This document shows, piece after piece, positions 17,945-32,335 of a stretch of 64,000 bases of DNA; position 1 is the stretch's first letter, and the number at the start of each line of letters is the position of its first letter. The notes under the pieces are model-generated. The model saw only the letters and a list, made by a program, of their open reading frames with translations. It was not told where the DNA came from and ran no database searches. The position numbers and the translations under genes were made by a program. Source of the stretch: Eledone cirrhosa (lineage: Eukaryota); contig OZ024743.1 in NCBI GenBank assembly GCA_964016885.1, forward strand, positions 225,618,001 to 225,682,000, in the 5' to 3' direction.

Positions 17945-18224
17945 TCTTCTGATGAAGGACTAGCGTCCGAAACCTTAAGACCCTCTTCCTGCTATTTCAA
18001 GCGTTAACCTAATATATTCCTTCCATATACTGTACCGATTGTGTTGTTATTTCTGTTTTCCTTTTACACACACACACACATATATATAATGGCGAAATGA
18101 ACAGATCTGCTTTTTCTCCCTCCAAGAATTTTTTCCTGTTTCTGCCACTGCTCACTTTCCTTTCTATTTTTTTAAATTTCTCATTCTATTTTCTGATGAA
18201 GGACTAGCGCCTGAAACGTTAAGA
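17945..18224 (+). ncRNA. Two tandem minimal Penelope-type hammerheads, 244 nt apart
   Basis: TCTT-CTGATGA-AGGACTAGCGTCC-GAAAC-CTT-AAGA (17945-17980) and TTTT-CTGATGA-AGGACTAGCGCCT-GAAAC-GTT-AAGA (18189-18224), with homologous flanks. Confidence 0.7.
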
Positions 18225-19631
18225 CTCTTTTCCTACTATATCAAGCATAAAACTAATATATTTCGTCATTATACTGTATTGTTTGCTTTGTTGTTCTGTT
18301 ATTTCTGTTTACATTTTGCATGTGTGTGTGTCATTATCGGAGTATGAATTGTAAGTACAAAAGGATAAACCCTTGATATATAAACAGAGATACTTTAAAA
18401 TACATGGCAACTAAGCATGTACTCAGAGATTTATGATAGCATCTGATTATATATCTGTGTGTATGTAGTGAGAGAGTCCTCCAGAAAGAAAAAGGGAAAG
18501 AGTGCTATCTATATGAAAAAGGGCTAATTTATTATGAATCAAACGTTGAAAACATTTATAATACTGCCCTAGGTTTCAAGGCTAGGTATAGAATGCATTA
18601 GTAGGCTGTAAATGCCCGCTTTTCTTCAGGCATGAGAACCAAAATGTCTGAATTAGATTTCAGGAGGAGATCAGGTAAGAAGAGAGGACATAAACAGAAA
18701 ATGTTTTTTGTTTCTTTAAATCATTAAAGAGAGGTAAATCGTTTGAAGCTTTATAATTTAAAACTCAATTTACATTATTAGATAGGTGGGTAGGGCAGTG
18801 GAATGGCAGCACCGGTAGAGTTTTGGACACCCTGCTTCACGGCACACAGTTATGGCCCTTTAATTTTGAGTCAAATCCCACCGAGGTTAGCTTTGCCTTT
18901 CATCCTTACAGGGTCGATAAAATAAAGTACCAGTAATACACTGGGATAATTGTTGGCCTTGTGCCATAAAATAAAGTACCAGTAATGCACTGGGGTTGAT
19001 TTAATCGACTTTCCCCTCCCCCCAAATTGCTGGTCTCGTGCCTAAATCAGAAACCATTATATGATAGGTGAAAAGATAATGTAAAAGTAATATGATTTGG
19101 TATAAGTGAGAGTTGTGTTAGTATATGTTATACTGTTCATGTGAATGTTAGGTCTGGTGTTATGTAATATAAAGTGTGGAGGAAGAAAGAGAAAGATGTT
19201 ATGCAGTTCAAAGTGATAGTGTGTATTGTCAGAATTGGAGTGGTGCAGTATTACTGTCTGTGGAGAATGTATATTCGGACCCTAGTTTTCTTATTATGAA
19301 AATAAAAACTTCTTGAGGTGTAAGTATCCATTAAAGACCCCCATTCTTGGAGTTCAGGTATTTGTTAGATGATTTCAATCCCTGTATAATTCTGAATTTC
19401 TTATTGGTGCAAATGTCACACCTCTTTGAGCTGTTAATATATGATCTGAACTTTTCCAGAATTCTCCATTTTATTTTAACTGCCATATTTATTTTGAAAG
19501 GGCTGTATGGTCTTTATTTCATGGTGTCTAAAGAACAAGACATGTGAGTAAAACCGACGTTTTAAACTGTCTTGCACTATACTCACATATCTTTCACTGC
19601 TATCTTTTACAGACTGCATTGTGTATGATTC

Positions 19632-19670
<39 letters not shown>

Positions 19671-19990
19671 ATCATGTTAAGCATCCATTTTTGGATTAGA
19701 TGAATTGTCCTGTTGTGAGACAAGTCAGATCATGCTCATATAGAACTGTTTCTGGCTTGATTTCTATGTCTGGGTGCCCTTCCTAATTTCAACCATATTA
19801 CTGTGTGAACAGGGTGCTTTATATCGTTGCACTAAAATGACTGACAGATTGGACTGGGTACTTTACATTGTGACCACTACTGTTGCCATATTGAAGCAAT
19901 GAGTGGCTAATTGATTAAGGAAAATGTTACAATTAGAACTCAAGAGAATGGTATAAACAAAGAGTGAAATAAAGCTTCAAATATGCTTAC

Positions 19991-20048
19991 CTGATTCAGG
20001 TAACATAGGTGCATTATCAATAAATCCATAGAGATCATCTGGGTAGGC
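19991..20048 (-). CDS. TMEM272-like gene, internal exon (58 nt, phase 0-1)
   Basis: tttaaag acceptor and CAG|GTAAGC donor. Reads AYPDDLYGFIDNAPMLPES; phase matches the downstream exon. Confidence 0.65.
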
Positions 20049-21000
20049 CTTTAAATTAGATAAATTACATAAACACATGCATATAAATAAATATATATTA
20101 TATATATATTATATAATACATATATTGTATATATTATATATACATATATTATATGTGTGTGTGTGTGTGAGTGTGTAAATATATTTTCTATTTTTAGAAA
20201 TGCTGAGCAAAAATGATAGCTTAAAGTTAACAGCTTCAATGCAGATTTTTTATTATAAAAAAATAGTCTAACAAGTTGGTCATATCAGCTTCTAGAGACA
20301 GAAAATAAGTGGACAGCATTGCTTGTGGTACTCAAACTTACATATACTGTATGCCAGGCAGCTGTGCTTCCAGTTAAAACCAACTATTTTTTATCAATAG
20401 TTTTATGTCCATATTTTCATGCTAGCATAGATTGGAAGAGACATTTTGAGGCAGAATTCTACACCTAAATGCTCTTGTTAATACCAACCCTCATTGTGGA
20501 ACACTTAGAAGATGCCATATGAATACCTGTTCATATTTTATCATTGACTGACATTTTAACCTCTTCATCGTTTTATTGTACCAATCTAAATAGGATGGGT
20601 ACTATTCACTGCAGCCAGAACCACAGTACATATTGCATAATTAACTCTTTCATTACCATATTTCTATTAAATGGTACTGCCAATGATTTTCAATTAATTC
20701 TGAAAATTATCAAGAATTTGGATGGATTTAGTAATATAAGTAACTCTCTCATTATTTGCAAGCTGGAATGGCTCTTCCAGCGTGTCTCCCTCACCATCCT
20801 CCAGGGAAATGCCTTCTCTATGCTGTCCACTGGGGCCGCAGGGCAGCCAGTCTGCCAGGGCCACAAGACGACCAGCATGTGGGCCCCCATTTACTCACAA
20901 TAGTGAGAGATGGGGTGAGTGGGAGAGATGGAGGCAGTGACAGTGGGAGTTTGGTTCTTTTGTGTTTGGACCTGGTGTATATATGTGTATATTTAAATAT

Positions 21001-21170
21001 ACCGTATTTCCATGCGTTGAAGGCGCTACTTTTTTTCATAAAATAAGTCTAAAAAATCTACCATGCATCCTGGAGGCCAAAGGTTGTTTATAAATTTTTT
21101 CACATTTTTGGTTGTCAAAATTAGGGTGTGTCCTCGAGAACGAAGCGTCTTTGATGCTGGGAAATATGGT
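21001..21170. mobile_element. Tc1/pogo-type MITE
   Basis: TIR-like ends taccgtatttcc...gggaaatatggta. Confidence 0.5.
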
Positions 21171-22339
21171 AATTGTTTCATATAGCATTAGACATTTTGT
21201 GACAGTTATATTGCCCTTTGATATGGAGCAGCTGTTGATTATAAGGAAATGTTTTAAAATAAATATAAGCCCATTAAGACAAATGCCTTTGTATTAGATA
21301 ACCAGGGACAGTTCCAAGCAGATTAGTATGAAAATGTTAAGTTATTTAGTTACATTCCAGTACAAGGTTCAAATAATTGCACTGGCAAGACAACATGAAA
21401 ATAAGGCAATGAATGAGCCTCAACATGCTAGAAATAACAGTCAAATCTTCCTGAAATTATACCTTACTGTATTAAAAAAATGAAAGATGCACTGGACAAC
21501 GAAGTCCAAGATATACAAAGGAAAAAAAGGTGATTATAGACTGGGGTGTAATGTCTATTCCTCTCCCTTTCTTTCGTTGCTTGCTCCTTTTTTTCTTTTT
21601 CTTCTTTTCATTTCATTTTTCATCTTTTTTGTTATCTTTAAGTGTGTTTTGTTTTTATTAGATGCTGCTCAATTATTTGAATGTAAATATAGCTTTTATG
21701 AAAAAACTGCAGACTAAGCAGCAGCAACAGTAGCATAACAGCAGCAGCAGCAGCACCAGGTACTGCAACAAGTCACAAAAACAGCATATCATCATCATTT
21801 TACATTAGCTTCATTGCTGGCATGGGTAGGAGAGATCATAATAGACAGAGATTAGGCAGGTCAGAAAACTACATCTTGCTTATATGTTCAATATTTTGGC
21901 AAGGGTTTCTATGGCTAGATGTCCTTCCTAATTCCACTATTGTGGCACATATATTACAAATGTCCTCTGCTCCTCAGATCTGTCTCATTTCATATATCCA
22001 TTCAGGCACTTCTGATTTGTCCATCTCTTTTCTTCTTATCATCCATGTTGTTTCCAACTCCCCAGATCTGCACTAAACCACTACACTCAGTTCTTCTCCC
22101 TCATGATATCGTCCCTCTGGAAGCCTCCGTTAATACCATCAATCTCACTAGTTTCATGAATATGGTTATGAAGGCCGTGGATAATTATTACCTTTCCTCC
22201 AGACCTAGAAAACAAACAAACAAACCCCACCAAAAAACATGCACACACTCGATAAGAAAAAAAAGTCAACAACAAAAGAAATGACAAAAGGAACAGCACC
22301 ATCACCGACAACCAGGACCGTACTATTCATAAGGCTGAA

Positions 22340-23355
22340 CTAACTGAAGCTTAAGGGCCTATCAACTTTTTCTTAGCTCTAGAGCTGTGAATTCTTGCAT
22401 GCATAATTTCAACTTTTCTAATTAATAATTGCATTGTTTCCCTCCAGGTAAACCAACATCTGACTGTTCAAAGAAGACTTCACAGTAACTATTAGTGATT
22501 ACTCTTGAAAATGGACAAAATTTGGCATCATGGTGTTATCAAGGACATTCATGCTGACATGGTTACTACATTAGAGGATGACATTCCAGCTTTATCAACA
22601 GTGCAGCTGAATTTAAGAGGGGAAGGGAAAGTCTTGAAGATGATCCATAATTTGGACATCCTGCAACTGCCACCACCGAGGAAAACATTGATTGTGTTCA
22701 CCACATGGTGATGGATCATAGGCCATTGACTATAAATCAAATAGCTAATGCTGTTAGCATATCCTGTGAGAGAGTTGAAAACATTCTGTACAATGAACTT
22801 GGCATGATGAAGGTTTCTACTTGGTGGGTTCTAACACCTGATCAAAAGCGCACCAGGCTGATCACATTATGGGAAAATATGACATTGTTTCCTAATCCCG
22901 GATGAGTATTGGGTTCATCAGTTCAAGCCAGAGTCAATCTATGCAGTGGAAACACCCCTCCTCACCTGCTCCAAAGAAGGCCAAGGTCGTTTCATCTGCA
23001 AGGAAGGTGATGACCTCAGGCATTGTGTTTAGTGACTCTCTTCAAAAGGACCAGACCATCAATGGGGAGTACTATGACAACTTGCTGAGGCAGTTACGAA
23101 AGGCTATCAAGACCAAATGCCAAGTAAAACTGATGAAAGGGATCTTGTTTCATCATGATAATGCTCTAGCACACAAATCCTTGGTTTCAATGGCTGCTGT
23201 GCATGATTGTGGCTTTGAACTGGTTGATCACCGTCCCTATTCTCCTTATTTGGTACCATTTCACTATCATCTGTTCCCCATTGCAGGGAACTAGTATCAC
23301 AGTGATGATGACGTCATATCAGCTGTTGATGACTTTTTGGATCAAAAGGAAAAAT
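22340..23355 (+). pseudogene. Degenerate mariner transposase
   Basis: Frameshifted pieces include HRPLTINQIANAVSISCERVENILYNELGMMKVS, QSMQWKHPSSPAPKKAK, ILFHHDNA and HRPYSPYLVPFHYHLFP (YSPDLAP-like). Confidence 0.9.
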
Positions 23356-24279
23356 GGGCTTTAACATGTGTAATAATGACAAGTTTTTTCTGTTATTAGG
23401 GTTCATATTCCCTGTTATTAGACTATTTCCTATTGTCAAAATACTGTGAAAGTATCTAATTCTATTTTCAAAATTTTAATCAACACCATATTCTAAATCA
23501 CGTACTTTTTCCCAACCCACCCATAATTGCTTTTAAGCATACCTGTAATCTCCATGACCTACTGGTGTGCAGTCCCCCCCCCCCGGACTCTACCTGGTTC
23601 CCATCCCTGCTCTCAACTCTGTTGTAACATCTGTCCAACCTTACTACTCTCACAAATACTAATAGTCCATTCTGTATCAACCACTCCGTCACCTGCACCT
23701 ATTTTAAGCCATGTCAGTTGAATGACTCCGTCATTCTTGCTCTTGTAGTGGCATATATGCACTTCTGTAAACAGAGGCTGTTTGCATAATTGCAAACAAA
23801 TCGAATATTATTATTAATATTCGAAAAACTCAGATTATATTTATTGTATTCAGCCATGTAGAGCGATAAACTATTTGTTTTATATATATCATCATCATCA
23901 TTTCATGTCCGCTTTTTCCCTGCTTGCAAGGGTGGGACGGGAACTGATTCTGGCTTGATTTCTACAGCTGGATGCCCTTCCTAACACCAACCGCATTTAC
24001 AGTGAGTGCTGGGTGCTTTTTTTTATATATATATATATACATGTTATGTTTAATCCAATGACCTTATAACTTTGTAAATCCACTACCTTATGTAGGTATG
24101 TAACTTAAGAAGACATTTACCACTGAATTTGACTAAATATAGATTGGAATTTGGTCAGTCAGCTTCACTACTAAATTTACCCATCCACCACACACTACAA
24201 GTAACAACAAAGCATGCAACAATAAACAAAAAAGGTTTTGATGTAAATTTTGAAATGAAATTGGGAAGGTTTTAAGAAG

Positions 24280-24450
24280 GAACAGTCTTGTTAAGAGACT
24301 GAGATTCTGAAGAAAAACAGAAGGGTCAGTCTTGTTAAAGGACTGAGATTCTGAAGAAAAACAGAAGGGTCAGTCTTATTGAAGGATTGAGATTCTGGAA
24401 AAAAATGAAGGAACTGTTTTATTAAAGGATAGATTCTGAAGAAAAAAACT
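24280..24450. repeat. About 44-bp minisatellite, 3-4 copies
   Basis: cagtcttgttaaaggactgagattctgaagaaaaacagaagggt repeated. Confidence 0.75.
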
Positions 24451-25654
24451 GTGGAAAATAGATTCTTTCAACAATTAGATTAACATTCTATGCTGTTTCT
24501 TTCTTCTAGACACATGCCCAAATTTAGTAAATGATGGGTATAGAGTTATTTAAATTGACCCCAGCAATATAGTAACTCTTTTATGACGCTATTTTGAATG
24601 AAATATGCTTTATTTTAATTAATAAAAAAATAATTTGAGGGATTTACTAAGATTATTAATTATTTAATTACTAAGATAATTAATTAACATAAATTTGTTA
24701 TATAAAATTATATTGGAAAATTTTAATTCGAATGGGAACTCTTTAAAATGCTTGGTTTTATTTTATAGAAGCAAAGCTGGTTTTGGCCAGGTTGGTATAA
24801 AAAAAGTTACTTTTGAAAAAGCCAAATAACAGAGCTTTAAGGAAGTAACTGAAACTGCTAGACATAGCAACAAAATCTCCCTCAAATCACACCCCATAGT
24901 TTTTAAAAAAGGAAGAAAAGATACATTGAGTTGAAGGACAACTGATGATAGATTTATTCAATCAGAGCTGACCATGGGTTAAACAATAACAACAATTGGT
25001 TGAATCAGTATATTATTGGTAATTTATATCAAAATGTAAAGAGCTAGAGCTGTAACTAAATACTGAAAGGAATTTTGTCTAACGATCTAATATTTCTGTT
25101 AATGCAACGATACTATCATACTCAAGCACAAGGTCAGAAATTTTTGTAATAGAAACAAGTCGGTTATTTTGATCTCAGTACTTGACTGCAACTTATATTG
25201 TCAGCCCTGTCAGTCAATCATACTTATTTACTACACTTGCCAAAACATAAAATAACTAACATTAATCTTTAAGCAAATGCTGCATTCCTTCATCACATAA
25301 ATAGTCCTAATTAGATTAAATGTTAATTATATTAAAAGTTAAAAAGGTTTCAGCTCACACTTATGTAGGGTTAGCTAGCCGCCTATGAGGTTGCATTTCA
25401 TAAGAGGTTTCATGATAGGACTGGGGGCCCTATCATGAACAGCAATGTGAAATGAAACGTCTAACTCAAGTACACAATATGACACCCAGTCCAGAAATCG
25501 AACTCAACTTATGATCATGAGTCCAACACACTAACCACTAGGCTATGTACTTTCACTAACTATATTATCTCTTAATGTCCTATATTGTATGAAACTTTAT
25601 TAGCAAGAAATTCTTGAAAAGTACAGAACAGCATTATGACTATCTAAACAAGGG

Positions 25655-26678
25655 TTGCGGGACTGTGTACGGTTTATTTCTTTTAATCCAGTTAGTAAAA
25701 TAAGTTGGATTACTTTGAATAAATAATGAATGAATATTACATAATTTATATGCTAAATTTCGTAAACAAATAATTTCGTAAAAATAAATAATCTAAAATT
25801 GACTTCTTTTCAAAGTTGCACTTCCGGTATATCGTCGCCACTACCACCACCACCACTTCAACTACCATATATATAGAAAGAGAGAGTGTGTGATGAGAGA
25901 GATAGAGAGATTATGATTTTCTACACACTGACGCGTATGAGTGTGCACATACATACATCTATATGTATGAGTATATAACTATAATGGCGCAAACACAAAC
26001 TTATAAAAATACACACTCATGGACATAATTCACACAAATACACATACTTTTACACAAACATACCTACATTCACACATATACATTTACACAAACACACACA
26101 TACAATCATGATAGCGTTCGGTTTAATTGGAAATGGAAGGGTAAAACAAGTATAATTTATTTATTTATTAACTCTTTATTTATTTATTTATTAACTCTTT
26201 TTTTAAAAACTCATTTAAAATAACTAGCAGAAAAACCACCCATCGAGTGGTTTTCTGCTAGCTTGTGTAGTGTGTATATTGATATTATACGCGAGTATAT
26301 ATGCATGTAGATATGATCAAATAAAATCGTAATTGACAATATACACAGAAATTGAACGAAGACTGTGTTACACTGTCTTATGTAATCAGTAACGTAATCT
26401 ATGATACATTAAAAAAAGACGATATTATATATAAACTGCATTAGGAGAAAATTAGTGACAGAAATATATGAATATTTATTTAAACGATCGCTAACTGGAA
26501 GTGTTGACATTTGAAAATTTTAAAGAAGTGAATCTTTAAATAAGTAATAAAATATATTTAATGAACAGCCACAAAATTTAGTAGATAAATTATGTAATAT
26601 TCATTCATTATTTATTCAAAGTAATCCAACTTATTTTACTAAGAGGATAAAAAACTATAAACTGTACGCAGTCCCATG
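25655..26678. mobile_element. Non-autonomous element with about 100-bp terminal inverted repeats
   Basis: 25660-25750 is the reverse complement of 26587-26676; internal hairpin at 26223-26262. Confidence 0.55.
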
Positions 26679-27007
26679 CTTCTTACTTTATTATAGTTTA
26701 GATTAAGCTCTGTTGTACGCTCATTGATTACATATATATAAATGTAATAGCATATAAATTATGTCTGATACAGACACACACATATATATATATATATACA
26801 TATATACACACACACACATATATATATTTATATATATACACACACACATACATACCACACCACACACAGATCATCTTCCGAAGTTAGTGAAGCTATTATT
26901 AATCCTCCCCGGGTGAAGTAACTTGCAAATTCTTCGTAATTCATGACATGCAATAATACATCTAACGGACACGCACACATATCTATTTATACATAGATAT
27001 ATGTATA

Positions 27008-27468
27008 GGCGAAGTCTGGTCCGAAATGTGCATGCGTGAAGGCTGGTCCGAAGTGCACACGCACAAAGGCTGGTCCGTTCATCGCATGCGCGAAGGCTGG
27101 TGAAGTGCGCATGCGCATAGGCTGATCCGAAAGTGCGCATGCACGAAGGCTGGTCCGTATGTGCATGTGCGATGGCTGGTCCGTACTGAGCATGCACGGA
27201 GGTTGGTCCGTACTGCGCATGCGCAAAGGCTGGTCCGAAGTGCGTATGCACGAAGGCTGGTCTGAAATGTGCATGCACAATGGCTGGTCCAAATGCGCAT
27301 GCGTGAAGGCTGATCCGAAGTGCGCATGCGTAAAGGCTGGTCCGTACTGCTCATGCGCAAAGGCTGGTCCGAAGTGCACATGTGCAAAGGCTGGTCTGAA
27401 GTGCTCATGCACGAAGGCTGGTCCGTACTGCACATGCGCTAAGGCTAGTTCGAAGTGCGCATGTGCGA
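27008..27468. repeat. 27-bp GC-rich minisatellite (about 17 copies)
   Basis: Unit aaggctggtccgaagtgcgcatgcgca; flanked by about 100-bp direct repeats at 26874-26975 and 27508-27610. Confidence 0.9.
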
Positions 27469-28439
27469 ATATATGTATAGACACACATACATAGCACACA
27501 CAAATAGTCTTCCGAGGTTAGTGAAGCTATTATTAATCCTCCCTGGATGAAGTAACTTGCAAATACTTCGTAATTCTTGAAATGCAATTATACATCTAAT
27601 GGACACACTCTCTCGAGTAGGTATACTTGTGTGTGTGTGAGAGGTAGATAGATAAGTAGGTTGGCAGGTAGATAGATAGGTCGATAGATCGATACATAGA
27701 TATACAGGTAGGTAGATAGAAAGATAGACGATAGTGTGGTTATCTGTATATGTGGCTGTATATATGTATGTGAAGATGTGGAAATAAGGAAAGGATAATT
27801 TACTACAGTACCAAGGTTCAATGTGTGGTGTGTTTATGTGTGTGTATATGCGTGTATCTGTGTGTGCATAAGTGTTTATGTGTATATATATGTATATGTG
27901 TGTCTGTGTATATGTTTGCTTATGTGTGTGTGTATGCATATGTGTGTTACTGTATCTGTGTATGTGTGCATATGTGTGTGCGTTTATGTCCATGTGTGTG
28001 TCTCGTGATTGTAATGTTGAGAGTTTGAATCCCATCAGTGCATTGTGTTCTTGAGCAAGACACTTTATTTCACCTTTCTTCTCTCCACTGAAGTAAAAAA
28101 AAGTGTACTCTGCCAGTAAGTCGAAGAATCAACGTAGTCCCACCCAATGTAGTCCATTATAGGTGTCTATGGAATGCTCAGACACTCTCACCTTAATTTC
28201 AGGCCGTTCCATTTGAGAAACCTAGCTGGAAGAATCCTCGTCGCAAGTGATAGGGTACCATCATACATATGAACACATAGACACACACACGCATTTCAAA
28301 GAGAATAGAAGAGATCAATAAAATAAGTACTAGATTTTAAAATATATGTACTGGAATTGAGGTCAAGAAAATCCTTTAATCGTGGTACTCCAGCATGGGC
28401 ACAGTCTAATGTCTGAATCAAGTGCAGGCCGGAGAATTG

Positions 28440-31400
28440 TTCTTCCTCCTTCAATCTATGGTTCCCCTTGGTTCTACAGTGAGTGCTTTCAGAATTCGAT
28501 GACTGTGGTTTGACACATGGGAAAGCCATCTTATTTCATCACGGTAACAACTAACCCTAACTGGGATGAAATATAAAATAGTTTGCACCCTGGTGAAGAA
28601 CCTAGAGACCGTCCTGATATTTGTGCAAGAGTTTTCAAGATGAAGTATGACAGCCTCATGGATGACATACTGAAAAAAGATCTTCTAGGAAAAGTTGTGG
28701 CTCATTCTGCTACAATAGAGTGGCAGAAAACGAGACCTCACTCATGTTCATATTCTGCTGATAATGGCTGAAGATAGCAAGCCCAAAACTGCTGATGCCA
28801 TTGCATTGATCAGATAGTGTACAGTGCGATTCCTGATAAAGAGACCAATCCAATTCTGCATAAGACCATCACATCCTGCAACATTCATGGCCCATGTGGA
28901 CAAGCTAATATGATGTGCTCATGTATGGAAGGGCTAGAACAACAATGCCATTGCTCAAAAAGTTATCCCAAGGCATTCAGACAAACCACATTTGTTGCCG
29001 AAAATTCCTTTCTGGAGTATAGAAGAAGGGATAGACAGCATGGTGGTCACACCCATACAATCCAACTTAAAGGTCAAGAATTTACTGTTGATAGTCGTTG
29101 GATTGTTCCATACAACCCTTTCCTCTCATTGAGATATCAGTGCCAGAGATTGAGACCTATATCAATGCATCTCAGCCAGTGGAACATTCTGGAGAATCTA
29201 TAAATTTCCATTACATCATCAAAAACCGCCAGTTGAAAGGTGGCCTTGCCATTTACCTGGGGAACAAATGGTCGTGTATGAGTGAGGGCAGGAAGAAAGT
29301 ATTGTTTCTAGGGACAGCCAATGACTAAGTTGATGGAATATTTTCAACTGAATATTAGAGACCCACTGGCACAAAACATATTGTATATTTATATTCCTAA
29401 ATATTTCACTTAGGCAAACAAAAAATGGCAAAGAAGAAAAAAGGGACATCTGGATGGTGATCAACAATTTATAAGTGAATCTCTTGGACGCATTCCAACA
29501 GTATCTCTCAGTAGATATCAACCTGAATTATATTATCGCAGGATGATCCTACATCACAAGGCTAGGTCAACTTCATACAAAGATTTGAGGACAATTGAAG
29601 GAGTTGAATATCCAACATTCCAAGAAGCATGAAGGAAACTTGCTCTGTTAGATGAAGATGGAGAAAAAGACAAAGCTATGGAAGAGGCCTCATCCATTAT
29701 GCTTGGTCCTCAACTGCGAGAGATCTTCTGCACTATTTTATTGTACAGCATGCCAAATGACCCTCTGCAGTTCTGGGAGAAATGGAAGAATTGTCTTGCA
29801 GAGAATATCATGCATGAACGTCATGAGCAAGTCATGTCAATGCAAACCATGCAGATTGTTCTACAGAAGATCCAACAAAGACTTCAACATGATGGCTTGG
29901 ACATTCATGCCAACTATGGACTTCCTCGGCCAGACCCAATTATTGTTACTATACCAGAAACTGATTTCAATACACACCAACTGCAAGCAAACATAAATGA
30001 ACTTCTGCCAACATTGAATCCTGAGCAACTGATTATTTTTCACAAAGTAATCACCTCTGTAAATGAAAATGAAGGCAGAATTTTCTGCTTGAATGCAAGT
30101 GCAGGTACAGGAAAAACCTATGTCATAAACATCCTATTGGATTACCTCCTATCTAAAAAAAAAAATTGCACTTGCCACTGCCATATCTGGAATAGCAGCC
30201 ACTTTGCTTCACAAAGGTAGAACTCTTCATTCCAAGTGTAAGATTCCTCTCAATGTGACTGCTGAATCAACTTGCTTCTTCACAAAGAGGGATGACACAG
30301 GTAAACTTATGCAGCAAGCTGACCTGCTAATCATTGTTGAGATAGGTATGGGACATAAGCATATCTTTGAATGCCTTGACAGGAGCTTCAAAGATGTTCG
30401 AGATAGCAAAAAGCCATTTGGTGGTCTAACAGTATTACTCTCTGGTGACTGGAAGCAAATTCTTCCAGTTGTACGTCATGGTGCTAGACCACAAATAGTT
30501 GAGGCAACCATCAAGAGATCCTATCTCTGGGACTATGTGGAAACCATGGAGATGACAACCAATTAACGGTTAATTAATGCAGAGGATTCTGATGAAAGAC
30601 AGTTTGCAAACTACCTTCTTGATGTTGGAAATGGTAACATTCCAGCTGTTCCAACACAATTCTTCTGCCAAATAAACTTTGTCTGGAATATGGTAATGTG
30701 TCTGGACTGTGTGATTTTGTGTATACAAATCTTCCAGGAAACTACACCAACCCACTATGGCTTGCAAATAGAGCCATTATCACTCCAACAAATGATGCAG
30801 CAAGATTGGTGAATGAGTTCATGGTCAACAAGTTCCCTGGTCATGAAATAATTTACAGAAGCTCTGATACAGTAGATAATTGTTTCTACTTTAGGCACAA
30901 GGCCAGCAATTACCCAGTGCATTACTGGTACTTTATTTTATCAACCCCATAAGGATGAAAGGCAAAGTCAACCTCGGCGGGATTTGAACTCAGATTGTAA
31001 AGGGACATAACTATGCTGGAAAGCATGGCGTTCGACCCTCTACCGATACTGCCAATCCACGAACTGCAATATCCAATTGAGTTCATCAACAAACTTACCC
31101 CATCAGGCTTCCCAACACACATACTTAAACTGAAGAAAGGCAGTTGCATCATGCTTCTGATAAATCTGGATCCTCTAAACAGGCATTGCAATGGTACACG
31201 CTACATCATCATCAGTTTACATAATCATGTAATTGAAGCTGAAGTGGCACTGGGTCCAATGCTGGAACAAGGTTGCTAATCCCAAGGATACCACATGTAT
31301 CTCAAGAGCTTGAGTTCCCTTTCACCTTTACTCGCAAGCAATTTCCTGTTAAACCAGCCTATGCCCTTACATGCAACAAGGTACAAGGGCAGACATTTGA

Positions 31401-31560
31401 AAAGATAGGTGTATATCTACCAACACAATTCTTCTCACATGGTCAGATGTATGTTGCATTATCACGAGTTACAAAAAAAGAAAATATAAAAATATTAAAT
31501 GAAAGGGGTCTGTTTGCTGACAAACTGTGTCTACAAAGAAATTCTACAGTGATGTGAAAC
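28440..31560 (+). mobile_element. Degenerate Helitron Rep/PIF1-helicase coding region
   Basis: DRPDICARVF, IEWQK-PHVHIL (HUH Rep), NIHGPCG, WIVPYNP, AGTGKTY, PFGGLTVLLSGDWKQILPVV, CNGTRY, RKQFPV and FSHGQMYVALSRV. Many stops and frameshifts; SINE inserted at about 30876-31060. Confidence 0.95.
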
Positions 31561-32026
31561 AGCTATCACTCTCTTTTAGTTGAAATGCATTTCAGTTTCT
31601 TTTTAACTACTAGAAAAGGGACACTACAAAAACTTAATACAGTAAAACAACAATATAACGAAAGTAAACTCTTCATATTGGTAAATGTAATTCATTCATT
31701 CATACCAGCAGCATCTATTTTCAAATTCGCTGCTTGAAGCTTCCCATCGACATTCTCAAGTGAAGATTCATGAACATTTTCCGTCAACAGTTTCATCACT
31801 TTTCCATCTCCATTATCGCCTTTTTTTAAAATGCATCATGGATTACTTTTCTGATTACAGAAGTAAGTGTAACACAGTCTTTGTTCAGTTTATGTTTAGT
31901 TTTGTTTAGTTTACTGAATAATTTTCAAAATGACTTATTCTCTAGTAAAGATGCGATCAACATTTGAATTAACAAACTCATTTTTAGATATTTTCTGCTA
32001 AATCATTACATGATGATAAGAGTTAA

Positions 32027-32335
32027 CCCTTTAGCATTTAAACCGGCTGTATCCAGTCAGAATTCTCTCACATCTTTCTGTTCAAACTGGCTGTAACTCA
32101 TACAGATGTTAAGGTATTGTTCTTAAAATAAATAATATCAAAATCTCATAAATTCAATATTATGTGAGATAATTTTGTGAGGTAATGCCTTTACCGTGAA
32201 AATATAATAGTATATATAGAATAATTGTTTCTACTTTTTGGCACAAGGCCAGCAAGTACCCAGTGCATTACTGGTACTTTATTTTATCGACCCCGTAATA
32301 TATAGAATATATAGAATAATGTAAATGCTAAAGGG
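32027..32335. mobile_element. piggyBac-type MITE (related copy at 56401-56607)
   Basis: TTAA|CCCTTTAGCATTTA...TAAATGCTAAAGGG|TTAA. This copy contains a SINE fragment that is absent from the 56.4-kb copy. Confidence 0.75.

Noticed and set aside
26871-27499. His-rich HAHFGPAFA repeat protein
   Set aside because: The frames are open only because the 27-bp unit lacks stops; they are open in several frames and on both strands, with no splice or start support.
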